A stretch of 64,000 nucleotides of DNA from Octopus bimaculoides (Eukaryota). The position numbers were made by a program, and so were the translations under genes. The notes under the pieces were generated by a model, which ran no database searches, was not told where the DNA came from, and was given only the letters and a program-made list of their open reading frames with translations. The stretch lies in the NCBI RefSeq assembly GCF_001194135.2, contig NC_068981.1, positions 146,936,460 through 147,000,459 of the forward strand, given 5' to 3'. Numbering within the stretch: the stretch's first letter is position 1; the number at the start of each line of letters is the position of its first letter. Of this stretch, positions 26,357 through 39,970 are shown piece after piece.

Positions 26357-28162
26357 TAATGTGGTGAAGAAAATGGAAGAATACATAAAACTGATTTATT
26401 TTTTAATATAAGATATTAAACCAACAAATTATTGCACTTAATTTTAAAAATGCAAATATAATTGTTATATTTATATCTATTTTGTCATATTTAGAATAGA
26501 TTCTTGAAATGAAAAAAGGCGAAAGATTTTAATCATTTAAGATTATAAGTCAAAGGAGATTCAGAAACTATGTGAGAATGCAGTCTACAGGAGAATTTTT
26601 AAAAAATTAACAGCAATGTGGAAGCATGTGTTTTCACTCAACTTGCAAGATATGGAAGGAAACACTGGACTTATGTAGTCCCTAATGTACTTAGACAAGA
26701 TAGGCATGACTTTTTTGATCATACATTTTAGTCAGTATGTTTCTGGGGTGAAACAACCTCACTTCAAAATCATTTTATGTCACCTTACTGCACACTGGAT
26801 TAAGTGAAGCCAGTGCTTTGCAGAAGAGGTCTAATAAGAACAAAACATATCCAGAGTGATCTTTGTTTGTTGAATTGATTAAAATATCCCCTCAATATTG
26901 TAGACTGATGTTGTCTCTTCTTTTTCTACATTAAATATGTTAATATTTACTTGACTAATATCATTGTCAAATGAGTGTTAATTAATCAGGTTGCTGAAAT
27001 AAAAGTACTTTGAAAGTATTGATAGATCTTTTGTCATGCCATATAATTGTTTTCAGTGGACTTATACAGGTATTCCCCACATTGCAGCTACCTCAGGTTA
27101 TGCGATCTTATATTTATGAAGATTGTAAAATATAACCACTAATTTTAGTAGATGGACTGATTTAGCCTAACAAAAATTCAGATAAATTTTTCAGAATTTA
27201 AAACCTACATACAATATCTTTGTTAGCCAAAAGACCACTTTTCAGTGATTTTGTTGAGATCAAAGAAGTTATCAATTTGAAAAACTATAATCATGATACA
27301 CATGCACGTGTGTATATGTCACAAGAAACCCTTACATAGTGTAATGTGAAATTTCTTATTGTATTTGTGTATGGTTTTGAGGGGTTAGTATCTGTTTAGT
27401 TATATATATATATAGAGCTATAAATAAAAATCAACCTTCACCATCAACACCAACACAATTAGCATCAAACCAAAACCAATATAATCGTCATTACCAACAC
27501 ACTAACTCAACTCCTTAATGAGCAACACCCACAAGATTACGAAATCCATCTAAAATAAATCACGATGGCATGGGATAATGTGGTATCCTAGTGCATTTTA
27601 AATGTTGAATGGAATGTTTTTGATCCTAGGTCAATGAGGATTGACTTGAGACTAAACAATGACATCAATACAATTAGCAAGAATAAATGATCACTGCCAA
27701 TCCCTGTTATCACAGTCACCAACACCAAAACAGCCAATGATCCCACAACTACCTCTCTACCAACTGTTGAATAAGCAACTAGTAACAACAATAGTATCCA
27801 CATGATAATATCTGTAGCTGTTTATGATGCATGTCAATACAACAGTGTGTGGTGTGTACAGTTTTATGGCTCAAGTCCATAGGTTCAAGGGGCAAAGTGG
27901 CTATAAACATGGTAGCCCTTCAACTAAATGTAATCATACAGTACTTTCTTCCACCTCACTCTTTCATCCTCTCATCAAATTTTCTCTCTTACGTCCATAA
28001 TAAGACACTAACTTTGTACTCTCACAAAATAGTTCTTTTGTGGTGCTATTTTTTTTATATAATACATACTTGTAGATAATTGTTGATTGTCACTGTTGTT
28101 TGATTTTTCTACAATATAAGATTTCTGGAAAGAAGCCATCAAATGAAATTGGAAGCAGTGGC

Positions 28163-28830
28163 ATGAAAAGGAACCATAATAGGATTACATTGAATATTAA
28201 GTTTGATATTTTAAAAAGGCTTGCTGCAAGAGAAAATAATTAGCCACATTGCCAAAGCATCAATAGCTTGCAATGTCTACAGTGAGACCAATACATGACA
28301 TTAGAGAGAAAATTAAGTCAAGTGCTCAAGAAGCTACTCAGTTAACTGCTAAGACCATATCTTATTATAGATCTATTGTGATGCTTAAAGTGTGACAGAT
28401 CATGAGAGTATGAATAAAGGGTCAGGAAAATTTAAAAAGAAAAAAGCCAAAAAGTTAGTGTGACAATTTGTAAAAAAATATAAAGCAAAGTGAAAGTTTT
28501 AATAATCTTTTCTGTCTTGTAAAGGGTGATTTGATAGATCTAAGAAACACTTGAATTTACACAACTTAAAAATGACTGCTGAAGCTTCTAGTGCTGACAC
28601 AGGGGTTGCTGCTAATTATCCTCAGCAGCTGGAAAAAAAAAAAAGAACTGCAGAACAAGTATAGAATGCTGATGAATCTGCACTTTTGTGAAAGGTCATG
28701 CCTGCTAGAATTTTTATTTAAAAAAGAAAAAACAACACTAGGATTTAAAGCCTCTAAAAATCATCTGGCATTTCTTCTGGGAGAAAATGCTGTTGGTGAT
28801 TCTAATTTAAAGTTCTCACAGATGTATGTG
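28163..28830 (+). mobile_element. Tigger/pogo transposase relic
   Basis: MKRNHNRITLNIKFDILKRL (CENP-B-type HTH start), then TAEASSAD..AANYP, NADES.L..KVMPARIF and KTTLGFKASK..LLGENAVGD (DDE_1), with many stops. Confidence 0.8.
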
Positions 28831-29094
28831 AAAATCCAAGGTCCTTTAAGGGTTATGCAAAGTTTAACTTAACTCTGATTTGGCATTCAAATAAGACTTG
28901 GAGAACTAGGAATCTTTTCAAAGAGTAGTTTACAAACATTTTTAACATGATGTAGACAGGTACAGTGCGATACAATGCATCACTCCTATTAGGTAACACA
29001 CCAATCCATCCAGTAAACCTAAATGAGCTTTCTGATAATGTGGGAATAGACTATATCCCCAAGAATACAACTTTTTTGCTCCTGGATGTGTAAT

Positions 29095-29730
29095 GTCAGT
29101 GTGCATACACAACAGAGTATAAGCGCCCTGAGAGAAAAGTTGGACATAAGCATCAGATGTGGTGTGCAAGAGAGACAACGGCACTGGTATAGTCATGTGT
29201 TGCGAATGGATGAGGACAGCTGTGTGAAAGTGTCACACCCTAGCAGTAGAGGGAACCTGTGGGAAGAGGTAGACCCAAGAAGACCTGGGATGAGGTGGTG
29301 AAGCACACCTTTGAACGTTGACCTCACCAAGGCAATGACAAATGACTGAGACCTTTGGAGATATGCTGTGCTTGAGAACCGGCAAGCCAAGTGAGACCAT
29401 AACCCGTGGCTTATGCCAGTGCAGCATAACCAGCCCATTTAAGAGCACTCTTCAATCATTCGGCAATAAACTGCACTTGTGAAGACCTGTTGAGGCAAGT
29501 GAAGTCATTGTCGTGGCTGATGACAGTACCACCTGATTGGCACCCATGTTGGTGGTACATAAAAAGCACCATTCGAGCGTGGTTGTTACCAGTGCTGCTG
29601 CACTGGCCCCCCGTGCCGGTGGCACATAAAAAGCACCCACTACACTCTTGGCGTTAGGAGCCTGGTGCAGCCTTCAGTCAAACCTATGGCAGCATGGAAA
29701 GCAGACGTTAAACAACAATGATGATGATAA
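29095..29730 (+). mobile_element. RTE-type LINE 3' fragment
   Basis: IRCGVQERQRHWYSHVLRMDEDSCVK..GTCGRGRP; same 3' UTR and (GAT)n tail as 2455-3025. Confidence 0.8.
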
Positions 29731-30300
29731 CTCGTGTAGGTTGAACTATGTAAAATGTGAGAAAGCTGTTTCTTGCAATACACACTAATACATCTAAAGC
29801 AAAATTTTTTCAGAGGCCCTTAAAATACTATTATGGCTCCCCAATTTACTATTTTGCTGCATGGACCCCCCAAAATTTTATATGTACTATCAGGGGCCAC
29901 ATGGTTGAGAACCTCTAGATTTTAGAGGTCCCTGACTCAGTTCAATTTGTTGATAAAAGCAGATCTGGATTCAAGAATTTTGATTTCATAACTTAGAAAT
30001 CACATTGTACTGTAGCTTAATATTTCTAACTAGATGGCCCCATGCCGTCAAAAATGACGGCTAATTGTAGTATTTTATTAATAAATATGGATGGTAAATC
30101 AAATTAATACACTTGTCTATGTTATCTAGTGGTTGCCTTTTGAGATGTGACATCAATCATCATTTGTTACTGAAAGAATGCTGGTTCACACATACAAACA
30201 TCCACACTCCCACTACCAGTTTGCTATCACCCCTTCCTTTCTCATTCATATTTTGTGGTGAAGAACAAACTATTACTGTAGTAGACTAGTTTAGAACGTA

Positions 30301-30674
30301 TGTTGTTGTTGGCACTCTGTCACTTACGACGTCGAGGGTTCCAGTTGATCCGATCAACAGAACAGCCTGCTCGTGAAATTAACGTGCAAGTGGCTGAGCA
30401 CTCCACAGACATGTGTACCCATAACGTAGTTCTCGGGGATAATCAGCGTGACACAGTGTGACAAGGCTGGCCCTTTGAATTACAGGCACAACAGAAACAG
30501 GAATTAAGAATGAGAGAAAGTTGTGGTGAAAGAGTACAGCAGGGTTCACCACCATCCCCTGCCGAAGCCTCGTGGAGCTTTAGGTGTTTTCGCTTAATAA
30601 ACACTCACAACACCCGGTCTGGGAATCAAAACCGCAAGTCCTCTGCCCTAACCACTGGGCCATTGCACCTCCAC
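30301..30674 (-). mobile_element. tRNA-derived SINE family C
   Basis: Minus-strand head GTGGAGGTGCAATGGCCCAGTGGTTAGG..TTGATTCCCAG and a (CAA)n tail; 3' domain shared with 36797-36920. Confidence 0.7.
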
Positions 30675-32203
30675 AGTTTAGAACGTATATAGTACAACTT
30701 AATGACAAAATCTCTATGTGGTTGCTTGACCTCCTAGAAACAGCAGCTAAATTTTTATTACAGGCTGATTACCTTTGATACAAATTAACCAATTTAGTTA
30801 CAGTGAAAAGTGCTAATGTTACTTGGAAAGAAGACAAAATAAAATATGAAGTTGTCTTTTTTATTAAAAATACATAATTTATTATATAAAAAAAGTTGTA
30901 ATTTGAAGAAATATTTTACATTTCCCTGAAAAAAAACAAACATAAAAGTGGCCATCATTAAGTTTGTCCTTTAAAAATTTATTTAAAAATCGTGTAAAAC
31001 TATATATACATATATAAAATGAATATTTTTGCTGGTTTTAGGCTAGTTCATTTGGAATGTTAATATTTTCAAAATACGAATCATAATAATTATGAGAAAC
31101 TAAGAAATCTTACTCTGACACCAGATAATAAATTTGGGAGGGCCATTAAAAATTTTTCTTTTTCTCTTCTAAAAATGAAATATATTTCATGAATGATGAA
31201 TTGTTAAATTATTAAGTAGGGCTACTTTTAGGGAGAGCTTCAGTCAGTTATATTGACAGCTGTTCTTTTCTGGTAATTTATTTAATCAATCCAATTCTAG
31301 TGGAATTTGAACTCAGAACATATACAGCATCTTATCCTCCATTTTAATTGATTCTGCTAATCCACAACACTTGAGATTTATTTTATTATTTTTTTTTTAA
31401 TATCGTATCTTCTACTGAAATATGCTAATATTTTTGTAGTATTTTTTAACGTCATTTTAACGAATACACTTAAATAAACTGTTGCTTTAAGAACACTTTT
31501 AGATAGTCAGGGATGTAGAAAAAAAAATTAAAATGTAGTTTCAGCACAGCTGGAATCTCGATTTACTATTTATATGTACAAAATGCTAATTTTAATTATT
31601 TGCAGGACAAATAATAATAATAACGTTGACTTCTTTTAATGTCATTTCTTCCATTTTGTAAATAAAATAAATACATACAAAGAATCATCAACACATTCAT
31701 CATGTTTGTAATTATATTTTTTCTACAAACTAAGAAATGAATTTAAAAAAAAAAAAAAAAATTTGTGTAAAAACACATACCATGAATACAAAGTTTCATT
31801 TTTCACACATCTAATTTCATTTTTATGAATTGATAATGTGAAAGGATATAAAATATTTCCACTTTACTACATGTAAAATATACAACTCTTGATTAAATTA
31901 AAAGTTTTTTTTCCTTTTTTTTTGTTCTTTTTTATAGTTTCAGCTCAGAGCTGCGGCCATGCTGATGCACCGCCGTTACACTTCAACACGTCTTTAGCCT
32001 TTTGCAGATAATATTGAATGTATTCCAATAAAGAAATAAATTTTTGTTATGTGATTCAACAGCTTATTTAATCCCTTTCTTTAAAATCCAACATGAAGTT
32101 TGCTCGAAATTTCTGTAGATACTTTTTTCCTTGTGATTTCAAGGATTATTTACAAAAGATAAATAAATAAATAAATAAATGAGTTTTTATATATTTTGGC
32201 AAT

Positions 32204-32363
32204 TTAACTGTGTCCCGATTCTTTCTCAGCGAATTTTGTAAGTTCGTGTATTTCTCTCCCCAACATTTTTGTGACATGCATTGCTTGTTTTACTTCATCA
32301 CCACCAATCTGTTGCAAAGCCACTTCTGCAGCCGTTCGAACATCAGCAATGACATCATTTCGC
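32204..32363 (-). CDS. TIR/HEAT gene terminal exon: RNDVIADVRTAAEVALQQIGGDEVKQAMHVTKMLGREIHELTKFAEKESGHS*
   Basis: TTTTCAG acceptor; phase 2 completes the TGG codon. Holds the last HEAT repeat and then TAA. Confidence 0.86.
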
Positions 32364-33517
32364 CTGAAAATAAATAAATAAAACCTTATACTTTCAAAGC
32401 ATTGAAACAATTTTAAATCTTTTATTGTTTCAGTCATTATACTGAGGTCATTCTGGGAGGGTTTTAGTCAAACAAACCAATCCTAGTACTTAAGTACTGG
32501 TTGGCCTGGAAATATAGTAGAAGAGATATGCCCAAAGTGCTACACTGTAGGATTGAACCCACAATGTGGATGCAAAATGATCTCCTTAACCACATCCAAT
32601 CCTGTACCTGAATTTTTTTTATTAAATTTGAACTAGGAAAACCAGAAATCAATAATGGCATAATTTTGAAAAATTCAATTACTTAGCAACAGCTCTGTAT
32701 AAGCATTGATTGAGAGGATAAAAAAAATTACAGGTGAACTAGGAGGCAGCAGAGAAACGAAGAAATTTGATTTCGTACACCTAGCAAATATTAGAAATAA
32801 AAATTCTGGACTCATGAAAATGAGTGATTTTACAGAATTGAATAGGTAGAGGCATGCTAAAAAGTTTGCCTCTCAACCATGTGGTTGCTAGTACAGTACA
32901 GCTGATTAGCACCTTGGGCAAGTGTCTTCTACTATAACCCCAGGCTGATCAAAGCCTTGTGAGTGGATCTGGTAGATAGAAAGCGAAAGAAGTCTATTAT
33001 GTAAATGTGTGTCTCCTTGCCTTCACATCATGTAAACAGTGCCTTCTGCCTTGAAAACATGTCTGGTCATCAGAAAATATTACCACACTTGGATACAGGG
33101 CATCTGGCTATAGAAGATCTATCTCAACAGATACCACCTGACCCATGCATACATGGAAAAGTAGACATTAAAACGATGATGAATAGAAAAATGCTTTAGC
33201 ACTAACATTAAATTATTCTATAATCAGTTTTCAGATAAAGCTAAAAAACATCTCAATTATAGAAGTAATAAAAATATTATTTACTTCTTTCAGTTTCTGT
33301 TTACCAAATCTCCTCACAAGGGTTTACTTAGCCTGGGGCTACAGTAGAATACACTTGCCCAAAGTGACATGCTTCAGGACCGAACCCAAGGCCACATGAT
33401 AGGGAAGTAAGCTTCTTAACCACACAGCCATGCTTATATAGTTTAAAAAGCTAAAAAACGTTTTTTTTTAAGTCAAGAAAACCAAGAATAGTAATTTGAA
33501 TAAAATATAAAAGTTAC

Positions 33518-33758
33518 CATAATTCTAATAGAGTAGGTACAGCTTTGTGTGCTTGTGAACGTCCAAGTGCCAAACATCCAGCTTCTCTCACTAAACGATC
33601 TTTGTCTTCAAGAACATCTATTAATGCTTGAATTGTTATATCATCATTAGCACCAGTCTGGGCAAGACAAATGGCTGCAACAGTACGAACATTCGGTTCT
33701 TCATCGTTCGATACTAAGTAGATTAAAGCATCAACAACTTCTCGGCTTTTGAATTTAC
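33518..33758 (-). CDS. TIR/HEAT gene exon: KFKSREVVDALIYLVSNDEEPNVRTVAAICLAQTGANDDITIQALIDVLEDKDRLVREAGCLALGRSQAHKAVPTLLEL(W), HEAT repeats
   Basis: TAAAG acceptor and GTAAC donor, 241 bp. Repeated L..D.D..VR..A..ALG pattern of HEAT_2/PBS-lyase-type repeats. Confidence 0.88.
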
Positions 33759-35192
33759 CTTTAAAATAGAAGAAAAAACAAACAAAACTTAAAATACAAT
33801 CAAGGTTTAGAACAGATGAAATCAAGTGTAGTTGTTGGTAAACCCAAATGCACCTATTTCTACCATCTTAAACAGAATAAAAACAATATCAGAATATCAT
33901 TAATTCTTAAATTAATGAATACAGTTTTCTACAAATATCTTAACCCTATATCTTCATTACCAAACTTTTGGTATTTGCATTGTATTTAGCCAATATCAAA
34001 CAGTTCGGAATTAATCTAAGAGACTTTTAAATTTTAAATACATCTTGGCCTTCATATTCTTTATTAGATCTGTGCTAACTAATTGATTTTTTTATGCCTA
34101 ATCAGTGAAGGAATGATAGTGTTTATGAACTTTTGGCAGGGCACCTAAAACTGGTCATCCTCAAACTGGAGAGTTTTTATCTTTTGTCTCAGTAAAAGGA
34201 AAAAAAAAAACAAAAAAAAAAAGGCAGCAGCTATGACCTTTTTACGGGACTTAAAGAGAAAGGTGAAGATTAAATAGGAAGAAATCATGACTACAGAGAG
34301 GTCCTGCAGTAGGGAGCAGCACATCAAGATATAGTTATCCTTGACCAGAGATCAGGTCCAAATACTTGTGAAGTTTAACACTATCCAAGAACAATCCATC
34401 CACTGTTTTTGTCTAGCCACTTTCTCCTCTCACAATGCAAAGCTATGGGTAGAAGTCCCTTCTTTGAGATGTCACATAATGGGAATGAATCCAAATCACA
34501 TTATTGTAAAACCATGTCTGCAACCATGACATAAGAATTTATCAATTTGCAAGACGTTATCCAGTCAACAAACATTTCTTCACAGCTGTGTGGTTATGGA
34601 GTGTGCTTTGTAACCATATGGTTTTGGGTCCTGTCTTGCTGCAAGGCCCTTTAGGAAAAAGTGTCTTATAATATAATCTCAGATTAACCAATGTCTTGTG
34701 AGTGAAATTGCTAAACAGATATTATGTGGAAGCCTTTTGTATACATTGTATAGCTATGTGTGTCTAAACATTTACTTTCTGTGTCTTTGCATGATGCTAG
34801 CTTAACGATTTCGACACGCCAAGACTAGTGGGGAAAAAAGTACCATATTTGAGTAAGAATTGGTGATAGGAATGGCATCTGGCCATAGTCTTGTTCTGTC
34901 CATGCCAGCATGGAAAGAATGGATGTAAAACTGACAATTACACATTTTCCATGCAACATGATCTTTAACACATCGATACAGTCAACAAGTATGAAGTAAT
35001 CTTGTTTATAATCAGTGAATTGTACCTACTCATGTGTTTTCTCACAGCTAAGTGAACTAAACTGTTGAAAATGAAGTGCATTTAAGAAACTATAGCTATA
35101 GGACTCAATATGCTTTAGAAATATAAAGAAAAATTAGTAAAACAGTTTGGTTTGCTGTAAAGGAGAGTAACCAGAGCAGAAAATTTACTTAC

Positions 35193-35324
35193 TAAGATTT
35201 TCAATGGCTTCTACGCGGACATGAGAATTTATGTTAAACACTTCTTTCATAGCATAACTTTCCCTTGCCTGCTCTTCTATCCTTTGCCACAAACATGAAA
35301 TTATTCCATCCACAGTGCAAAATT
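35193..35324 (-). CDS. TIR/HEAT gene exon: FCTVDGIISCLWQRIEEQARESYAMKEVFNINSHVRVEAIENL(S)
   Basis: ATCAG acceptor and GTAAGT donor, 132 bp, phases consistent. The VRxxAI signature starts the HEAT region. Confidence 0.82.
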
Positions 35325-36430
35325 CTGATTTAAAAAAATACAAATAAAGAAATACAGTGATGATTACAAAACTATTTCATTGAAAGTTAGTTAACAATAG
35401 AAAATAAAACAAAAAATTTGTAATTAACTTTTGATATTAATCAATGCCTTTGGCTTTTTGAAATAAAGCTGCCTGTTTTGAATTGTTCATTGTTGAGGAA
35501 TGTTACAGCCAACTGAATGTCAGTATATAACTGGTACTTGATTTATTGACCAATATCCCTGCCAGCAGAGATACAGGTCAACAACTCAATGTAAATGGAA
35601 GAATAAAAACTAATGCATTTAGTCAGGTTGTTTCTGTCTCAGTTACCATCACTCTTTCACTAATGTAATACTACATTACACTGGTTGAAGGCTACAAATT
35701 CTTAAGGTTGCAGAATAGTGGACTGAATAGATACAAGTATTGTATCAATTCAATTGATATTTATTTTATTATTGAAGAGGGGTGAAACACAGGATGTAGA
35801 GGAACAAGACATTTGGTCTATCATTGCCATTTCTGTTACTCCACCATATGATGAAGAATCTTAGAGTGATCTATAAAAGTTAATATTTCTTTTTCATTAG
35901 TTATTTCTTACACAGCTCCAGTCAAACAGAACAATAAACAAAAGTGTTTAAACCATAACAATTCCATCTAACATTTAAGAAGTGCAAATCATCAAAGTCT
36001 CTTTTTTAAGACAGAAAGATGTAGTTTAATGAAGATTTGGTTGCTATTTCTAACAAATCCAGCAACCATGTAACATTTTTATGTTCATTCATGAGTAGAT
36101 TAAGCTAGTGTTTGAAACACAACTGAACAGAATAGTCATTGCACAAAGATGGGAGATTTATAATCAAATAACCCTTATGAGAACATTAGATAATGCAGTC
36201 CTACATATTTCATTAAAATTACAAGATCCACTGCTGGAATTTCCTTCTGGAAATCAAAACCAAGATCTTGGGAATCAGGACTTCCTATCTGCATTAACCC
36301 CAGAATACTAAATGAGATGCAGCCCCTTTCTGACTGCTACTTAATATAAAAAAGTCTGAAAAAAAAAAACTGATTTCTTGCTCATGTAGTTTCTTTCCTT
36401 CACTTCTTAACAAATCAAGTTTGAACTCAC

Positions 36431-36570
36431 CAATAAATTTATCTCGTTTAAGACACCCATCACGAGTTATATGCATCTCCCACCGGAGGATAGATTTCAG
36501 CCAGTTTTGATCATCAGGAGTGTAAGCGCTAAACAAGCCTTTATAATCACAGGTCAAATCATACCAAAAT
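36431..36570 (-). CDS. TIR/HEAT gene exon: FWYDLTCDYKGLFSAYTPDDQNWLKSILRWEMHITRDGCLKRDKFI(E)
   Basis: TGCAG acceptor and GTGAGT donor, 140 bp, phases consistent. Confidence 0.82.
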
Positions 36571-36789
36571 CTGCATTGGAAATACAAAATGAATTATAAA
36601 TTGGAAGAATTAACCTATCACAGTTTCATTTACCTGTCTCACAAAACAATGCAGTGAAACATCTAGCAGATTTAACTGAGAGTTGAAAGTTTAAATATGT
36701 TATAAGCAAACAAATTGTTGACAGGGTAAGATGATTGGAGATATATTACAAAACCATCCAACCCAACTGAAAATCAGGTTGTCACAACA

Positions 36790-37058
36790 AGTGTTTCAGT
36801 TGATCCGATCAATGGAACAGCCAGTTTGTGAAATCACAGGTGGACCCTTAACATAGTTTTCAGATAGATTCAGCGTGACACAAAGTGACAAAGCTAGCCC
36901 TTTGAACTACAGATACAGCTCATTTTTGCCAACCGAGTGGGCTGGAGCAATGAGAACTATAAAATGTCCTGCTCAAAGACAACACAATATACTGCCAGGA
37001 ATCAAACTCATGACCTTACAACCATGAGCCAAATACCCCAGCCACTAAGCCATGCACC
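36790..37058 (-). mobile_element. tRNA-derived SINE with a different body but the family C tail
   Basis: Head TGGCTTAGTGG..GAGTTTGATTCC, then TTGTGTTGTCTTTGAGCAGGACA, then the shared tail. Confidence 0.62.
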
Positions 37059-37159
37059 ATGGTGAAATGTGTTTATCTAAGAAGTAGACTGATTTTTAAA
37101 GTAATGCCATTTAAAAATATAAACACATAGAAAACATATTAAACTAATAAAGAATATAA

Positions 37160-38030
37160 TCCTTTCTACTATAGGCACAAGGCCTGAAATTCGGGGGAGG
37201 GGGCTAATAGATTACACCAACCACAGTGTTCAACTGGTACTTATTTCCTCAACCTTGAAAGGATGAAAGGCAAAGTTGACCTCAGCAGAATTTGAACTCT
37301 GAATGTAGCAATGGGTGAAATACTGCTAAGCATTTCACCCACTGTACTAATGATTCTGCCAGCTCATCACCTTAAATAATAATAATCCTTTCTACTATAG
37401 GTACATCATCATCATCATTTAACGTCCGCTTTCCATGCTAGCATGGATTGGACGATTTGCCTGAGGACTGGTGGACCAGGTGGCTACACCAGGCTCCAAT
37501 CTGATTTGGCAGAGTTTCTACAGCTGGATGCCCTTCCTAACGCCAACCACTCCGAGAGTGTTGTGGGTGCTTTTACATGCCACAAGCACGAAGGCCAGTC
37601 AGGAGGTACTGGCAATGGCCATGCTCGAAATGGTGTATTTTACGTGCCACCTGCACAGGAGCCAGTCCAGCATCACTGGCAACGATCTCGCTCGAATGTC
37701 TTTTCACATGCCACTGGCACAAGTACCAGGAAGGCGACGTTGGTAACGATTACGCTGGTGCTATTTACGTGCCACCGGCACGGAAGCCAGACAGCTGCTC
37801 TGGCAACGATCACGCTCAGACGGTGCTCCACTGGTACAGGTGCACAAAGCCTGAAATCTCGGGATAGAGGACAAGTTGATTACATCAACCTCACTGTTTC
37901 ACCGGTACTTAATTTATCCACTCTGAAAAGATGAAAGACAAAGGCAACCTTAGAGAACATAAGGCTGGACGAAATACTGCTATACGTTTTGCCCAGTGTT
38001 TTAATGATTCTGCCAGCTTGCTACCTTAAA
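37160..38030 (-). mobile_element. Two tandem SINE family B copies, the second interrupted by the RTE 3' end
   Basis: The tail TCCTTTCTACTATAGG at ~37387 resumes as GCACAAAGCCTGAAAT at ~37842. Confidence 0.75.
37405..37835 (-). mobile_element. RTE-type LINE 3' UTR inserted inside a SINE tail
   Basis: (CAT)n followed by TTTAACGTCCGCTTTCCATGC, the reverse complement of the tail at ~29700 and ~50660, with internal TTTACGTGCCACC sub-repeats. Confidence 0.78.
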
Positions 38031-38409
38031 TAATAAATCTCTTCACAAAATTATTTAGCACACTATACTGCAACACTGGATTTAATGACAGTTACCAATC
38101 TAAATTATCACCATCATTGTTTTATATCTACTTTTCCATGCTGGCATAGGTTGGACAAGTTTTCTGAGGTAGATTTTATGGTTGGATGCCTTAACTAGTT
38201 TAGCTGCCTCTTACAACACAAAAATGAGGAATATCTTGGATATACATGAAAATGGTGTTGACAAATAAAAATTCAAATTTGAGGAAACCAGTGGTGATCT
38301 TTCCAACAAAGAAATTTACTTGTAATATCAGGGTTCTTGTCTCCCCATGCCATACAAACATTCAAATTTGTGAATTCTACTTAATATTATTAGTGCAACG
38401 CTTGAATAA

Positions 38410-38620
38410 TATTGGTTTCAAATTTTGGCACAATGCCAGCAATTTCAGGGGAGGGGATAAGTTGATCACATTGACCTATGTTCAACTGGTACTAATTTAA
38501 TGAACACTGAAAGAATGAAAGGCAAAGTCAACCCCCAAAGCATTTGAACTCAGAACGTAAAGAAATGCTGCTAAGCATTTTTCCCAGCACAGTAACAATT
38601 TTGCCAGATCACCACCTTAA
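38410..38620 (-). mobile_element. SINE family B
   Basis: Same motifs as 4250-4457. Confidence 0.75.
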
Positions 38621-38651
38621 ACACTAAAGTAATATTCCAAAAATAACTTAC

Positions 38652-38775
38652 TGATTCCAGTCTATTTGGTTTTCTGTATATTTTCTGTCCCAATAATCAA
38701 TAGGAGTTTCAAGGTTTTGTTTGCTGTAAATCTTAGTTGATCGTTGTTGCCTCTTCGATTCAGCATTCTGCTTGT
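38652..38775 (-). CDS. TIR/HEAT gene exon: (N)KQNAESKRQQRSTKIYSKQNLETPIDYWDRKYTENQIDWN(Q)
   Basis: TGTAG acceptor after a pyrimidine tract and GTAAGT donor, 124 bp, phases consistent. Confidence 0.82.
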
Positions 38776-39749
38776 CTACATAAACAACACAGCAAAGGAA
38801 AAAAAAAAAAAAAGAGAAAAAAATCAATAAAGACAAAATAAAAAACACGACATTCAAATCAAAACAGCTTGAGAAATTTAACCAAGAAAAATATATTAAA
38901 TGGCTTCGTTCATTTTCAGATTATGGAGTGCATAAAAGAATTCAATTTTTTTTGCAATTTCAATTACAATTCAGAAATAGGTTAATCCTAGTTAATTCCT
39001 GCCAACTTAGCAAACCAATCATTCGTCTTCAATACTTCATTAATCCTTTTTCTTTAAAGACAAACGTATTTTTCCTTATTATAGCAACAGGTTAAGGTTG
39101 TGATTACTTTTAATCCGTTAGCATTCAGATTATTCTGTCATATATATGCTTATTAATTCACATAGCTTTGGATTAATCATATTTCATCTTGTACTTTTGA
39201 GATTTTGATGATATGACTGTTTATTTTTAAGAACAACATTGTAGGGTAGGTGTGAAAGATAAGAACTGGCCAGTTTGATGATAAAACAGAATATTTGGGC
39301 CTGATATGGCCAGCTAAAAGCAAAGGGTCAATGAGACAGCATTTTATTTTCATGAGTCAAGCTCTCATTAAAAATCAAAGAAAGAATTCAGTTATGATGT
39401 ATAAGTATAACTAATAATGATGTAAAAGCAAAGAAAATATCAAATCTGTCAACATCTATCTTTACTTTTTGATGTGAAACCATATATTAAATACTGTTGT
39501 ACTTCAAGAAGGTCATTCTGCCAATACAACAAAAGCTTACTGGTTGTAGTTTACTTTTTATTATTAATTTCAAAAATATAACAATATTAATAATGTTGGT
39601 TTTTCAGTGATTTTCTCTGCAACTCTCTTTCTTCTCCATCAAAAATATTTATTGGTATATTCAGATTTAGTATTTGTTTCTGTCGTCTAGCAATCCTTAG
39701 ACCAACTAAACTCACTAACTTAGAGGATCAGGTTTAGTATCTCAAAGAA

Positions 39750-39970
39750 GAGACTACACCGGTATGGGCATGTGATGCACATGAAAGATGAGTCAGATAA
39801 AGAAGTGCCAAGCAATCATTTGGAAGGAACTGATGGAAGAGAATGAACAAGGAATACATGGAAGAAGTGGTAAAGGCTAATCTCAGAGGGCTGAACTTTA
39901 CAAAGGAGATACTGGAAAAAACTTAGTTAACTGATGCAAACATGAAAAAATGACATAAAATGATGCTGAT
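39750..39970 (+). mobile_element. Degenerate RTE LINE fragment
   Basis: KRLHRYGHVMHMKDES followed by a (GAT)n-like tail. Confidence 0.5.

Noticed and set aside
36294-36430. Extension of the exon as GEFKLDLLRSEGKKLHEQEI
   Set aside because: A strong GTGAGT donor at 36430 gives the phase needed by the next exon; the extension is intronic read-through.
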